The notes beneath the pieces were generated by a model. The model made no database searches and had not been told where the DNA came from. It saw only the letters and a list, made by a program, of their open reading frames with translations. The translations under genes and the position numbers were made by a program. 64,000 bases of DNA, taken from assembly GCA_017610385.1 (NCBI GenBank), contig JAFCCC010000003.1, forward strand, positions 9,170-73,169, written 5' to 3'. Position 1 is the first letter of the stretch; each line of letters begins with the position of its first letter. This stretch comes from Candidatus Nanohalarchaeota archaeon (GTDB lineage: Archaea > Nanohalarchaeota > Nanosalinia > Nanosalinales > JAFCCC01). Positions 20,196-30,095 of this stretch are shown here, one piece after another.

Positions 20196-20789
20196 TTAAG
20201 AATCAAGCGCTAATAATGTTTTATATGCTTCTTCAATATTTTCTTTTGCATTTTCTATAACAACATCATCATGTCCTGGATATATGGTGCTTATATCCAG
20301 TTTTCTTAATTTTCTGATTGATTCTATAAGATCCACCCGTGATCCTCCGTTCAAATCGAAACGACCGAAATTTCCATTTGAAAAGATAGTATCTCCTGAA
20401 AACAAGATTTTACTTTTTCTATCATAAAGACAGATTCCTCCTGAAGTGTGACCTGGCGTAGGTATTACTTCCAAATATTCAAAATCACCTAGTTGAATTC
20501 GATTCCCAATTTTTTCAGCAGGGAAACGTAATGAGGATAAATCTAGTTCGTGAATATAGACTGGGCATTCGTATTTCTGGCTCAATTTATATGCTCCACC
20601 AGCATGATCTGGGTGATTGTGCGTTAGAACAATTGCAGATAATCTGCCTGTGATTTTGTCTATTTCCGATATAATTTTGTGCCCGGATTTATAGCCTGAA
20701 TCTATTAATACAGGATTTTCTGCTTCAATCAAGTATATATTAGTCTTCATTCCAAAGAAAGTGCGATCCACTATCTTGTGAATTTTCAT
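20196..20789 (-). CDS. Metallo-beta-lactamase-fold hydrolase (glyoxalase II-like)
   Basis: THNHPDH, TPGHTSG, SGDT, PGH. Confidence 0.92.
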   Translation of the reverse strand: MKIHKIVDRTFFGMKTNIYLIEAENPVLIDSGYKSGHKIISEIDKITGRLSAIVLTHNHPDHAGGAYKLSQKYECPVYIHELDLSSLRFPAEKIGNRIQLGDFEYLEVIPTPGHTSGGICLYDRKSKILFSGDTIFSNGNFGRFDLNGGSRVDLIESIRKLRKLDISTIYPGHDDVVIENAKENIEEAYKTLLALDS

Positions 20790-20892
20790 ATCATTGTTTT
20801 GATTTTATAAGATAAATATGCTATGAGATATTATCTAAAAATCCAGATTTTTACTGAATTTACATATTAATTTTTATTTAACCGCACTTTGA

Positions 20893-20956
20893 CCGAAACA
20901 TTTATATAGTTATTATGAATATATATGCAGTATCTGTTATGAATAAAAATTCATAA
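20893..20956 (+). promoter_or_regulatory. BRE/TATA promoter followed by a palindromic operator
   Basis: CCGAAACATTTATATA, then a degenerate TTATGAAT-atat-ATGCAGTA (20913-20932) and a perfect TTATGAAT-aaaa-ATTCATAA (20937-20956). Confidence 0.65.
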
Positions 20957-20974
20957 TAGTTGAGGTGAATAAGA

Positions 20975-21286
20975 ATGCCAAGAGGCGATCGGACAGGACC
21001 AGATGGATTTGGTTCAAGAACAGGAAGAGGATTAGGTTACTGCTCAGGATATAATAGTCCTGGGTTTACAAGAGGAACTCCTAGAGGTGGAGGATTTTTT
21101 GGAGGTCGAGGCCGAAATTTTGGTCAAGGGCGCGGTTTTGGGTTTCAGAGAAATTTGAGTCCACAAACCGTCTATGATCCCCTGACTCTAACAAAAGAAG
21201 AACAGAAGAAAATTCTTCAAGAAGATAAGAAAGAATTAGAAGAAGAATTAAAAAGAATAGATGATAAACTTAAAGAGTTAAAGTAG
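20975..21286 (+). CDS. DUF5320-family Gly/Arg-rich protein
   Basis: MPRGDRTGPDGFGSRTGRGLGYCSGY plus a C-terminal coiled coil. Confidence 0.85.
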   Translation: MPRGDRTGPDGFGSRTGRGLGYCSGYNSPGFTRGTPRGGGFFGGRGRNFGQGRGFGFQRNLSPQTVYDPLTLTKEEQKKILQEDKKELEEELKRIDDKLKELK

Positions 21287-21296
21287 GAGGTATAAA

Positions 21297-21605
21297 ATGC
21301 CAAGACCAAGAAGGTGCAGGAGGGTGTGGGGAGAACCCCGATTTAATACATTTAAACCCTCCGGAATTCCTTCTAATATGTTAGAACAAGTAATTTTAAC
21401 AGTAAATGAGTACGAAGCAATTAGATTAAAAGATCTTGAAAACTTAGATCAAGAAAGAGCTGCTGAAAAGATGAATATTTCTCAGCCAACCTTTCACAGG
21501 CTTTTAACTTCTGCGCGTAAGAAAATTACAGAGGCCATTGTCAACGGAAAGTCAATTAGAATTGAGGGCGGAAATTATGAAATTCAAAAAAGAAAATTAA
21601 TATGA
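21297..21605 (+). CDS. DUF134 (UPF0251) HTH DNA-binding protein
   Basis: MPRPRRCRRV..FKPSG..EYEAIRLKD..AAEKMNISQPTFHR..IEGG. Confidence 0.9.
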   Translation: MPRPRRCRRVWGEPRFNTFKPSGIPSNMLEQVILTVNEYEAIRLKDLENLDQERAAEKMNISQPTFHRLLTSARKKITEAIVNGKSIRIEGGNYEIQKRKLI

Positions 21606-21656
21606 ATTTTATATTTATTTTGCCTATGTGTAATGCTTTTGGAATTACTAGAAAAG

Positions 21657-22010
21657 TTATCTGCTTAGAACTATTTTATATGTTAAGTCAGTTTCATCTC
21701 CTGTAAGATATGGCAATATTCTTCCAGCAACTTCGGTGCCGTAGTGTATAGAACCAGGATAGCGAGGTAGATTAAAATAACCATTTAAAATATCTTCTAA
21801 TTCGTTAGGAGAGTTTGGAACCCCATTTTCCTCAAGATACTCTGCAATCTTTAAACAAGTTTCTTCAAAGCCAGGTCTAACTATTGTTAGTGATTTAAGA
21901 CTTAACCACAAGGTTCGGGCGACGTCATTTTCAAATACTTCTCTGATATTTTCATCAGCACCTTTAGGATCAAAAGCTAAAGGAACTGGATTTGGAATGC
22001 CTAATCTCAT
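21657..22010 (-). CDS. Hypothetical protein
   Basis: 117-aa ORF. Confidence 0.55.
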   Translation of the reverse strand: MRLGIPNPVPLAFDPKGADENIREVFENDVARTLWLSLKSLTIVRPGFEETCLKIAEYLEENGVPNSPNELEDILNGYFNLPRYPGSIHYGTEVAGRILPYLTGDETDLTYKIVLSR

Positions 22011-22217
22011 TTTTGGTCACAAAGCAATTATGTTCTTAAAATTATTTAACTTCGCGTAGTGGTTGTTAAGTATTTACTCTAAATTTATAAAATTTCATTA
22101 TAAATAAAAAACATGATAATTATAAATGCGGATTGCATTTCTAATTGATAATACACATTTTTTATAGTTTCAACTGTTTTCTAAAAACCCATTTAAAATA
22201 ATGCGTTCAATTAAATT

Positions 22218-23693
22218 GTGGAAGTTATGAAAAAAACTGTAAAAGAATTCAAAATTAGCAAAGAGAAAAATTTTAATGATTGGTTTAATTCAGTTGTTAA
22301 ACGATCAGATTTAGTAGATCAAGATTATGGTGCAAAAGGCTTCGTAGTTAAAAAACCAATGACCATGATGATTGTTGAGACGATTAGGAATATGTATGAA
22401 GCAGAATACAAAAATACAGGACATTTGCCAGTTCATTTTCCTACAGTGGTTCCTGAAAAGAATTTTGAAAAAGAGAAAGACCATGTAGAAGGATTTGCTC
22501 CAAATGTATTTTGGGTTACAGAAGCTGGTGCAGAAGGTAAAAAATTAGAGGAACGATTAGCTTTGAAACCAACTGGTGAAACTGCTATTTATCCATCTTA
22601 TTCAAAATGGGTTCGTTCTTATCGAGATTTACCTATTAAATACTATCAATTTGGTACTGTTTTTAGATATGAAACAAAGGCGACTAAGCCATATATGCGA
22701 GAACGTGAATTTCTTTGGTTTGAGTCTCACAACGTTTATGAAACCAAAAAAGAAATGAAAGCTCAAATTAAAGAGGATCTTAAAATTACAGAAAAGATTG
22801 TTCATCAAAAGTTAGGTGTGCCGTTTTTGTATGTTAAAAGACCACAATGGGATAAATTTCCTGGCGCAGATAACACGTATGTTGCTGATGTTCCTTTAGT
22901 TAATGGGCACGTTGTACAAATTGCTTCTACTCATGAATTAGGACAAGGATTTGCCAAAGCTTTTGATATAAAATTTACAGATAAAAACGAGAAAGTTAAA
23001 TACGCTTGGCAAACATGTTATGGTCCTGGAATTGCTCGGATGGTGGCTTCCTTAGTTTGTGTTCATGGAGATGATAAGGGGTTAGTTTTACCTTTTGAGG
23101 TGGCTGCCACACAAATTGTTATAATTCCTATTTTGTTCGGAAAAAATAATGAAAAAGTTTTGAAGAAAGGTATAGAATTAAAGAAAAAATTAAAGAAATT
23201 TAGAACAGTTTTTGATAATTCTGATGCATCTCCAGGAGAAAAATACAATGAATGGGAATTAAAAGGAGTTCCAATTAGAATTGAGATTGGTCCAAGAGAG
23301 GTTGAAAACAAAGAATTAACATTAGTTCGCAGGGATACAAAAGAAAAAATTAAAATTAAAGAAAAAGATCTTCTGATTGAAATTAATAAATTAAAAAAAG
23401 ATATTTTACAAAATATTAAAAAGACCGCAGAAAAATTGATGGAATCCAAGATTGTAACTGCGGAAAATTACAAAGATATTGTTAAAAAACTCAAAGAAGG
23501 TAAAATTGTCAAAGCACCATTTTGTTCAACTGATTTCGAAGGAGAAGATTGTGCAGACAAAATTAAAGAAGATAGTTCCGCGTTAGTTCGAGGAACCGCA
23601 TTAAACGTAAAAGACAAATTAAATAAAAATTCTAAGTGTATTGTTTGCGGTAGGCCAGCAAAGGAATTGGTTTATATTGCAAAGGATTACTAG
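22218..23693 (+). CDS. proS: Prolyl-tRNA synthetase (archaeal/eukaryal type)
   Basis: EKEKDHVEGF, LKPTGET, FRYETK, REFLW, HGDDKGL, C-terminal Zn domain ending AKDY. Confidence 0.97.
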   Translation: MEVMKKTVKEFKISKEKNFNDWFNSVVKRSDLVDQDYGAKGFVVKKPMTMMIVETIRNMYEAEYKNTGHLPVHFPTVVPEKNFEKEKDHVEGFAPNVFWVTEAGAEGKKLEERLALKPTGETAIYPSYSKWVRSYRDLPIKYYQFGTVFRYETKATKPYMREREFLWFESHNVYETKKEMKAQIKEDLKITEKIVHQKLGVPFLYVKRPQWDKFPGADNTYVADVPLVNGHVVQIASTHELGQGFAKAFDIKFTDKNEKVKYAWQTCYGPGIARMVASLVCVHGDDKGLVLPFEVAATQIVIIPILFGKNNEKVLKKGIELKKKLKKFRTVFDNSDASPGEKYNEWELKGVPIRIEIGPREVENKELTLVRRDTKEKIKIKEKDLLIEINKLKKDILQNIKKTAEKLMESKIVTAENYKDIVKKLKEGKIVKAPFCSTDFEGEDCADKIKEDSSALVRGTALNVKDKLNKNSKCIVCGRPAKELVYIAKDY

Positions 23694-23874
23694 GGTACTT
23701 CTAATTTATTTAGAAATAGCCCTATAAAATCTAAGATAAATTTTATTTAAACATAAGAATTATTTTTTAAAACTGTAAATCTGTTTAATAAAGAAAAAGA
23801 TCATATTAAAAAAACACGATTGAAACTAACTACTAACTCTCTATTTTAAAAGAATAATCTATTAAATAAGATAT

Positions 23875-24411
23875 ATGAAAAACGCAATAAATGTTTCAGA
23901 AGGAATAATGACAGAAAATTACAAACGTTTTGCATCAATAATATTTATTATAATTACCTTTATTTTTTTAGTGACCTTTGTCTCCTTTTATATAAAAGAA
24001 TATTCTCCGGGTTTTTGCTATTGTGGCCTACCTTTGTGGGTTATTGTACTTGTTATTTCTTCCTCAGGACTTTTTATCGGAGGATTTGTTTACTATCTAT
24101 TCAATAAAGATCACATCAAAGAAAAAAATAAGATCGTAAAAGGAATAAAAAAGACATTATGTTTTCTAGAAAGAGAGGAAAAAAACATTATTACAGCCCT
24201 AATTGAGCATTCTGGAGAAATAACCCAAAAAAATCTTTCTGATCAAACTGGTTTTAATAAAGTGAAAATATCACGAGTGATCAACAAACTTGAGGTTAAG
24301 GGATTAATCAAAAAAATGAAATACGGAATGACTAATAAGATTGTTTTAAATGAAGACTTGAAAAATTTATTTGAGAAAGTGACTGTTTCAAAATCTGAAA
24401 CCAATGTTTAA
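23875..24411 (+). CDS. Membrane-anchored winged-helix (MarR-like) regulator
   Basis: Two N-terminal TM helices with CYC in the connecting loop; C-terminal ITQKNL..TGFNKVKISRVINKLEVKGLI..GMTN wHTH. Confidence 0.8.
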   Translation: MKNAINVSEGIMTENYKRFASIIFIIITFIFLVTFVSFYIKEYSPGFCYCGLPLWVIVLVISSSGLFIGGFVYYLFNKDHIKEKNKIVKGIKKTLCFLEREEKNIITALIEHSGEITQKNLSDQTGFNKVKISRVINKLEVKGLIKKMKYGMTNKIVLNEDLKNLFEKVTVSKSETNV

Positions 24412-25045
24412 AAGGAGTTTCATACAAAAAACAAGTATGAAATTTAAACAAAATCAAAATAGAAGTTCGTATAAGAGAACAAGGTGTCAGTATATGAAAA
24501 TAGTATTCTTGAGTGCAGTATTATTATTAGCAATTATTTCATTTACTTTGCCAAAAGTTTCTGCATTGGAAAATGAAAGCAAAGTAATATTGTATCTTTT
24601 TTGGGGAAACGGATGCCCTCACTGCGCGCAGATGGATCGTTTTTTGAATGGCCTAGAAGAAAAATACCCCGTATTTGAGGTTAAAAAATTTGAAGTCTAT
24701 TCTAACCAGACAAACAGGGAATTATTTGAGAGCATTGCTAAAGCACATCATTCAAAAATTCAAGGAGTTCCAACCGCGTTTATTGATAAAAAAATTTTTG
24801 TAGGATATAGTAATGAGATCGGAATTGAATTAGAAAATAGAGTTATAGACTGTATAAAAAATGGTTGTGTTTCTCCACAAGAGATTTCAAATGACAATGA
24901 AAGTGCGAGTGGAAATATAAGTAGTTTTTCTTCGTATGAAAATACAAAATCTGGGTTAACTATCTTTATTGTTATGGTCGTTTTATTTGTAAGTTTAATA
25001 GTGTCACTAGGTTTCTTAAAAAAAATAAGGGGCATTAAAAAATGA
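24404..25045 (+). CDS. Exported thioredoxin/glutaredoxin-like protein (likely start ~24494)
   Basis: Signal peptide, GCPHC active site, GVPT cis-Pro motif, C-terminal TM anchor. Confidence 0.85.
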   Translation: MFKRSFIQKTSMKFKQNQNRSSYKRTRCQYMKIVFLSAVLLLAIISFTLPKVSALENESKVILYLFWGNGCPHCAQMDRFLNGLEEKYPVFEVKKFEVYSNQTNRELFESIAKAHHSKIQGVPTAFIDKKIFVGYSNEIGIELENRVIDCIKNGCVSPQEISNDNESASGNISSFSSYENTKSGLTIFIVMVVLFVSLIVSLGFLKKIRGIKK

Positions 25046-25743
25046 TCGTAGGTGGTCTTACCTGGACAACGCTTATAGGCGCAGCAGCAGTTGATTCAAT
25101 TAATCCTTGTACTTTAGCTATTTTATTGATGTTATTGACAACTCTAATACTGGCTGAAAATAAGAATAAAATTTTAGGAGTTGGAATTGTATTTTCATTA
25201 GCGATATATATTTCTTATTTTCTTATGGGTTTAGGACTTTATTCTGCTGTTCAAATGGCAGGAAATTTACACATATTTTATTATTTTGTAATTGGAATCG
25301 CCATACTTGTTGGCTTGCTAAGTATCAAAGATTATTTCAATTATCAACCAGGAGTTTTGGCTGTAGAAATTCCTATGAAGTGGAGATCAACATTAAAAAG
25401 CTTAATCGGACGAGTTACGTCTATTCCGGGAGCGGCAGTAATTGGATTTTTTTGTTCTTTATTTTTAATCCCTTGTTCTTCTGGCCCATATCTCGTAATC
25501 CTTGGATTATTAGCAAAAACATCAACAAGACTTGTAGCTATGCCTTTATTATTATTTTATAATTTTATTTTTATTTTGCCTATGCTTATAATGACGTTGT
25601 TAGTTTATTTTGGAACGACTAGTGTTGAACAAATCTCTGCATGGAGAGAAAAATACATAAAACTAATTCACTTAGTATCTGGTGTTATAATGCTTGCATT
25701 AGCAAGTCTTCTAGTTTATGCTATATGTGCAGGATGGGTTTAG
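25042..25743 (+). CDS. CcdA/DsbD-beta-like transmembrane thiol-redox protein
   Basis: DSINPC and IPCSSGPY Cys pair within a ~6-TM protein. Confidence 0.85.
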   Translation: MIVGGLTWTTLIGAAAVDSINPCTLAILLMLLTTLILAENKNKILGVGIVFSLAIYISYFLMGLGLYSAVQMAGNLHIFYYFVIGIAILVGLLSIKDYFNYQPGVLAVEIPMKWRSTLKSLIGRVTSIPGAAVIGFFCSLFLIPCSSGPYLVILGLLAKTSTRLVAMPLLLFYNFIFILPMLIMTLLVYFGTTSVEQISAWREKYIKLIHLVSGVIMLALASLLVYAICAGWV

Positions 25744-25959
25744 TGGCATATGGTTAAAACAATTTATAAAATAAAAATGATTGCCATTTGGATTTAACAG
25801 GATTGCTTGTAATTTATTTGTGGCTTATTGTAGGCTTAACGCAATCGCTTTGTATCATATTCTTAATAAGGTACAAAGCCGCAATCAGAGAAATCTTTTT
25901 ATATATGCTACTGTAAGAAATATGTATAGATTCTATAGATCCTTTCTGAGGTTTTATAA

Positions 25960-26583
25960 ATGGAAAAAGATATGAAAAAATTTAATACAGGAACGACAAC
26001 TATAGGGCTTGTCGGAAAAAATGCAGTTGTTTTGGCTGCAGATAAGCAAGCGACTATGGGATACTTGAAAGCGTCAAAAAACGCTCAAAAAATATTTCAA
26101 CTAGACGAGCATATTGGACTTACTATTGCAGGTTCTGTTGGAGATGCTCAACGTTTAATTCGATGGGTTAAATCTGAATTAAAATTACGAAAGTTAGAAG
26201 TTGGAGAAATGAGTGTTAAAGGCGTTTCAACATTGTTAGCCAATGTATTGCAATCAAATAAATTTACACCCTTTTTTAATCAGTTTATAACCGCGGGAGT
26301 AGATAAAAACGGACCAGTTTTATATGATTTAGATATGGCTGGGGGATTAATAGAGCACAGAAAATTTGTTTCAACTGGGTCTGGTTCTGTAATTGCATAT
26401 GGTGTTTTAGAAGATGCATTTAGAGAAAACATGAAAAATGAAGATTTAATATCTTTAGCAATTAGGTCCGTTAAAGCAGCTAGTCAAAGAGATGTGAATT
26501 CTGGTGAAGGTTTCAATATTTCCTTGATTACTAAAACCGGTTATAAAGCATTATCTCCCAAAGAAATTGGAACTTATTTGTAA
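25960..26583 (+). CDS. psmB: Proteasome beta subunit
   Basis: TG|TTTIG propeptide site, AADK, GSVGDAQ, GSGS, RDVNSG. Confidence 0.97.
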   Translation: MEKDMKKFNTGTTTIGLVGKNAVVLAADKQATMGYLKASKNAQKIFQLDEHIGLTIAGSVGDAQRLIRWVKSELKLRKLEVGEMSVKGVSTLLANVLQSNKFTPFFNQFITAGVDKNGPVLYDLDMAGGLIEHRKFVSTGSGSVIAYGVLEDAFRENMKNEDLISLAIRSVKAASQRDVNSGEGFNISLITKTGYKALSPKEIGTYL

Positions 26584-26617
26584 CTTAATTGTAAATTGAA
26601 TTCTTAAAAGGACAAAA

Positions 26618-28480
26618 ATGAAAGAACTTGAAGACTTAAAGAAGGAGTTACCTGCTGACGCAATGCTTGTTGAGGCATGTTATGAAGGATGTAATGTTGT
26701 TTTTTACACTAAAAATAAGAACTTCTTTATAAAAAACGAACAAGTTGTAAGGCAATTAGTTTCAAAGCTAAGAAAACGTGTTGAAATTAGACCTGCTTCT
26801 ACAATAACCACGGAACCAGACAAAGCCAAGATAAAAATTAAGAAAATTATTCCTACGGATGCGGGATTATCTGAATTAATTTTTCAACCAGAATTCGGTA
26901 AAGTTATTCTTAGAGCGAAAAAGCCTGGTTTAGTTATTGGTAGAAATGGCGAAACACTAGATAAAATTAAAAAAGAAACCTATTGGTTGCCTGTTGTTGA
27001 AAGAGTTCCCGCAATTGATTCTAAAATTGTGGATAAAGCAAGAGAATTAACTGTAGGAAATCCCTCCTTCAGAAAAAAGTTTTTGAATTCTGTAGGCAAG
27101 AAAATCAGATTAACTAAAAGCGTCGGAAACGAATGGGTAAGAATAACTGCGTTGGGGGGTTATAGAGAAGTAGGTAGATCTTGTACTTTGTTACAAACAA
27201 AAGGAAGCAAAGTCATGTTAGATTGCGGAACAGGATATGGTTCTAAAACATCTTATCCTTATTTGGATGCCCCTGAATTTAATTTACAAGATTTAGATGC
27301 AGTCATTATTTCTCACGCGCATTCAGATCACTGCATTTTTTTACCATATTTGTATGAATACGGGTATACTGGTCCAGTGTATTGTACAGAACCAACAAGA
27401 GATTTAATGATTTTAATGCAATTAGATTTTTTAGATGTTATTAAACGTGACGGCAGAAAAGCGCCATATTCTAGCCAAGCAATAAAAAAATCAATAGAAC
27501 ATTGTATTCCTTTAGGTTACGGAGAAGTTTCAGATATTACCGATGATATGCGTTTGACTTTGAATAATGCGGGACATATTCTAGGTTCAGCTTCTGCTCA
27601 TTTGCATATTGGAGAAGGATTGCATAATATAGTATATACCGGAGATATTAAATTCGGCAAATCTGAGTTATTAGACTCTGCAGATCCTAATTTTAATAGA
27701 GTTGAAACATTAATTTTGGATAGTACTTATGGAGCACAAAGAAATCCGATGCCACCAAAAAAGGAGTCTAATGCAGGATTTATTAAGTCTGTAAAAGATA
27801 CCTTAGATAAAAAAGGAAAAGTAATTGTTCCTGCTTTTTCTATTGGAAGATCTCAAGAAGCAATGTTAGTTTTGTATGATCACTTGGAACAATTCAATGT
27901 TCCTGTTTATTTAGATGGTATGATATGGGATGCAACTGCATTACATACTGCATATCCTGAATACTTATCCAAGTCTTTACAAAAAAGGATTTTTCATCAA
28001 GGAGAAAATCCGTTTTTATCTGAACATTTTAAAAGAGTCGGTAGTAGTACCGAAAGAGAAAATGTAATTAATGGTGAGTCTTGTATTGTGATTACTACGT
28101 CTGGTATGTTGTCTGGTGGACCAGTTTTATCTTATTTAGAAAGATTAGGCGAAGATTCTAAAAATAAATTAATATTTACAGGATATCAGGCTTCAGGAAC
28201 TCTTGGGAGAAAAATCCAGAGAGGGTGGAAAGAAATTCCAATCAATGGTAACAAAACAGTTCGGTTGAATCTAGAAATCGGAGCAGTTGAAGGATTTGGA
28301 GGACATAGTGATAGAGCTCAAACTATAAATTATGTTGGAAAATTAGGTAGCAGACCAAAGAAAATCATTTGTCAACATGGCGATGATGCAGCAACCTTTA
28401 ATTTAGCTTCCACGTTACACAAAATTTATAACGTAGACACGTGTGCACCACAGAATCTAGAAACAGTGAGATTAGTCTAA
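26618..28480 (+). CDS. fttA: Beta-CASP ribonuclease aCPSF1 (FttA) with N-terminal KH domains
   Basis: KPGLVIG KH motif, GGYREVGRS, HAHSDH, AGHILGS, GHSD. Confidence 0.95.
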   Translation: MKELEDLKKELPADAMLVEACYEGCNVVFYTKNKNFFIKNEQVVRQLVSKLRKRVEIRPASTITTEPDKAKIKIKKIIPTDAGLSELIFQPEFGKVILRAKKPGLVIGRNGETLDKIKKETYWLPVVERVPAIDSKIVDKARELTVGNPSFRKKFLNSVGKKIRLTKSVGNEWVRITALGGYREVGRSCTLLQTKGSKVMLDCGTGYGSKTSYPYLDAPEFNLQDLDAVIISHAHSDHCIFLPYLYEYGYTGPVYCTEPTRDLMILMQLDFLDVIKRDGRKAPYSSQAIKKSIEHCIPLGYGEVSDITDDMRLTLNNAGHILGSASAHLHIGEGLHNIVYTGDIKFGKSELLDSADPNFNRVETLILDSTYGAQRNPMPPKKESNAGFIKSVKDTLDKKGKVIVPAFSIGRSQEAMLVLYDHLEQFNVPVYLDGMIWDATALHTAYPEYLSKSLQKRIFHQGENPFLSEHFKRVGSSTERENVINGESCIVITTSGMLSGGPVLSYLERLGEDSKNKLIFTGYQASGTLGRKIQRGWKEIPINGNKTVRLNLEIGAVEGFGGHSDRAQTINYVGKLGSRPKKIICQHGDDAATFNLASTLHKIYNVDTCAPQNLETVRLV

Positions 28481-28528
28481 TTCTTTTAGAAAGAAACGCT
28501 AGAATACAAAAAATAATTTAGGGTAAAA

Positions 28529-28876
28529 TCACCTATGAACTCTGGCAAAAGATGGGCATGCAACAATCCAATCTTCGTCAACACCCGCAATATCTCCATT
28601 CAGTGCAGAAACAGTCTTCTTTAATCTATCAATTGCTCTTTTTAAATCAGTCATATCCTTGTCTTTTAATGGTTTGATCTTAATCCAAACGATATTATTC
28701 TCTCTTAACATATTTTGAACACGTTCGACATCACCAAATTCATTTAAAGTAGCAACTCGGATTTTAACAGTCTTTTCTCCACTATCTGTTACTGCATCTA
28801 ATTCCACATATTCTTCTTCATTAGAATCATATTCCCTAGAAGCTTTTGAGGTGCCAGTTAACCATTTTAAACCCAT
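28529..28876 (-). CDS. sepF: Cell division protein SepF
   Basis: EYVEL linker, NIVWIKI, GDIAG..WIVACP SepF core. Confidence 0.88.
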   Translation of the reverse strand: MGLKWLTGTSKASREYDSNEEEYVELDAVTDSGEKTVKIRVATLNEFGDVERVQNMLRENNIVWIKIKPLKDKDMTDLKRAIDRLKKTVSALNGDIAGVDEDWIVACPSFARVHR

Positions 28877-28932
28877 CGAAAATCACTAATAATCTAATTA
28901 TTTCGAACATATTTAATATTATTGTTTAGTTA

Positions 28933-29172
28933 CTATACCGTCTCTAATAAAGACGCTATACTCCAAATTTCTGTTCTAGAATATTGTGTTAAATTTGGAT
29001 CATTACTAGCATCATCTAAAATAGAAATAACAGTATTTACTCTGACTGAAACTTCCTCTGTTTCATCCTTTAATGAGATTAAGGCTTCTTTCATCATTTT
29101 CTTTACGTTGCTTGGAACTGCTCGGTCTTCGCAAAGTAAATCCAATTTTTCAGTAATGATTTGTACAGTCAT
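28933..29172 (-). CDS. UPF0147 family protein
   Basis: DRAVPSNVK..LDDASNDPNL..RTEIWSIAS. Confidence 0.9.
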   Translation of the reverse strand: MTVQIITEKLDLLCEDRAVPSNVKKMMKEALISLKDETEEVSVRVNTVISILDDASNDPNLTQYSRTEIWSIASLLETV

Positions 29173-29193
29173 TTTAATTTTCCTCAGTTCTAC

Positions 29194-29487
29194 TTAGCTA
29201 TCGTTTTTTAATTTATCTTGCAATTGTTTTTCTCTTAATTCAAGTGATTTGATTTTAGAATCAAAATCTTCTACTTGATCTTTTAGTTCTTTAGATATTT
29301 CTATATAATTCTTTTTAATTATTAACATTCCTATTGCTTTGTAGATTTCATCTTTTTCTTTTATAGAATTTAAAGATTCCTCTAATTCTGCTTTTTGGAC
29401 TTTCAAATTTTCTTTTTGTAATAGAATGTTTTGTACTTGTTGATTTAATAGCTGAATATGCATTGTTTTTTGTTCGTCATTTTTCAT
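29194..29487 (-). CDS. pfdB: Prefoldin beta subunit
   Basis: Coiled coils around the IYKAIGMLII hairpin; conserved gene context. Confidence 0.85.
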   Translation of the reverse strand: MKNDEQKTMHIQLLNQQVQNILLQKENLKVQKAELEESLNSIKEKDEIYKAIGMLIIKKNYIEISKELKDQVEDFDSKIKSLELREKQLQDKLKNDS

Positions 29488-29488
29488 T

Positions 29489-29698
29489 TTAATCAAATTC
29501 CATAATTTTTGAGCTCATTTTTGCTAATCTAATTGCCGTGTTAACATATGCCCGTAACAAGGAAAGAGTTTCACTTTTAGTTTCTATTATAATTTTATTT
29601 TTTTTAACTGTGATTCTATGTGATTCTAAACTTGGTTGAATTGCCTTTGCAATTTGCCCAGCATTTTTCACATCTAATTCTATTTTAGCAATATGCAT
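29489..29698 (-). CDS. pcc1: KEOPS subunit Pcc1
   Basis: LRAYVNT motif; position between rpoP and prefoldin. Confidence 0.8.
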   Translation of the reverse strand: MHIAKIELDVKNAGQIAKAIQPSLESHRITVKKNKIIIETKSETLSLLRAYVNTAIRLAKMSSKIMEFD

Positions 29699-29700
29699 AA

Positions 29701-29841
29701 TTATCTTGCTTTAATTGTTTTAGCTATTTCAGGTCTTTTTTTAAGTAATATTCTTCCTGAACAGTTTGGGCAAATTATTCGATCCACCTTCGGATCAATT
29801 TCGATTTCTTTTTCACATTTCGCACAAATATATCCTGCCAT
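29701..29841 (-). CDS. rpoP: RNA polymerase subunit P (Rpo12); absent from the ORF track
   Basis: Manual translation MAGYICAKCEKEIEIDPKVDRIICPNCSGRILLKKRPEIAKTIKAR*. Confidence 0.93.
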   Translation of the reverse strand: MAGYICAKCEKEIEIDPKVDRIICPNCSGRILLKKRPEIAKTIKAR

Positions 29842-29842
29842 T

Positions 29843-30091
29843 TTATGCCTCCCTATGTAATCTAGCTAGTAATTTTTCTGAACCAGTATCCACCTGATAT
29901 GCCCCGCCAATCATTTTGGCACCACAAGACTTACAAATCCAAATGCCTGCAGCATATCTTTTAAACGCCAACTTTCCGCATTTTGGACATTTCTTTTTTG
30001 AGTTCTGTAACTTACTTACCGTAATAACAGCATCTCTAACTTTTTTCCCATACTTAGATCCAAACCGTCCAGCACCTTTCTTTTTTGCCAT
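29843..30091 (-). CDS. rpl37ae: 50S ribosomal protein L37ae
   Basis: AGRFGSKYG, CPKCGK, GIWICKSCG, GGAY. Confidence 0.95.
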   Translation of the reverse strand: MAKKKGAGRFGSKYGKKVRDAVITVSKLQNSKKKCPKCGKLAFKRYAAGIWICKSCGAKMIGGAYQVDTGSEKLLARLHREA

Positions 30092-30095
30092 AATC

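Noticed and set aside
25781-25975. 64-aa ORF upstream of psmB (also 63373-63567 and 62456-62644)
   Set aside because: These overlap promoter sequence or better-supported frames and have no coding features.
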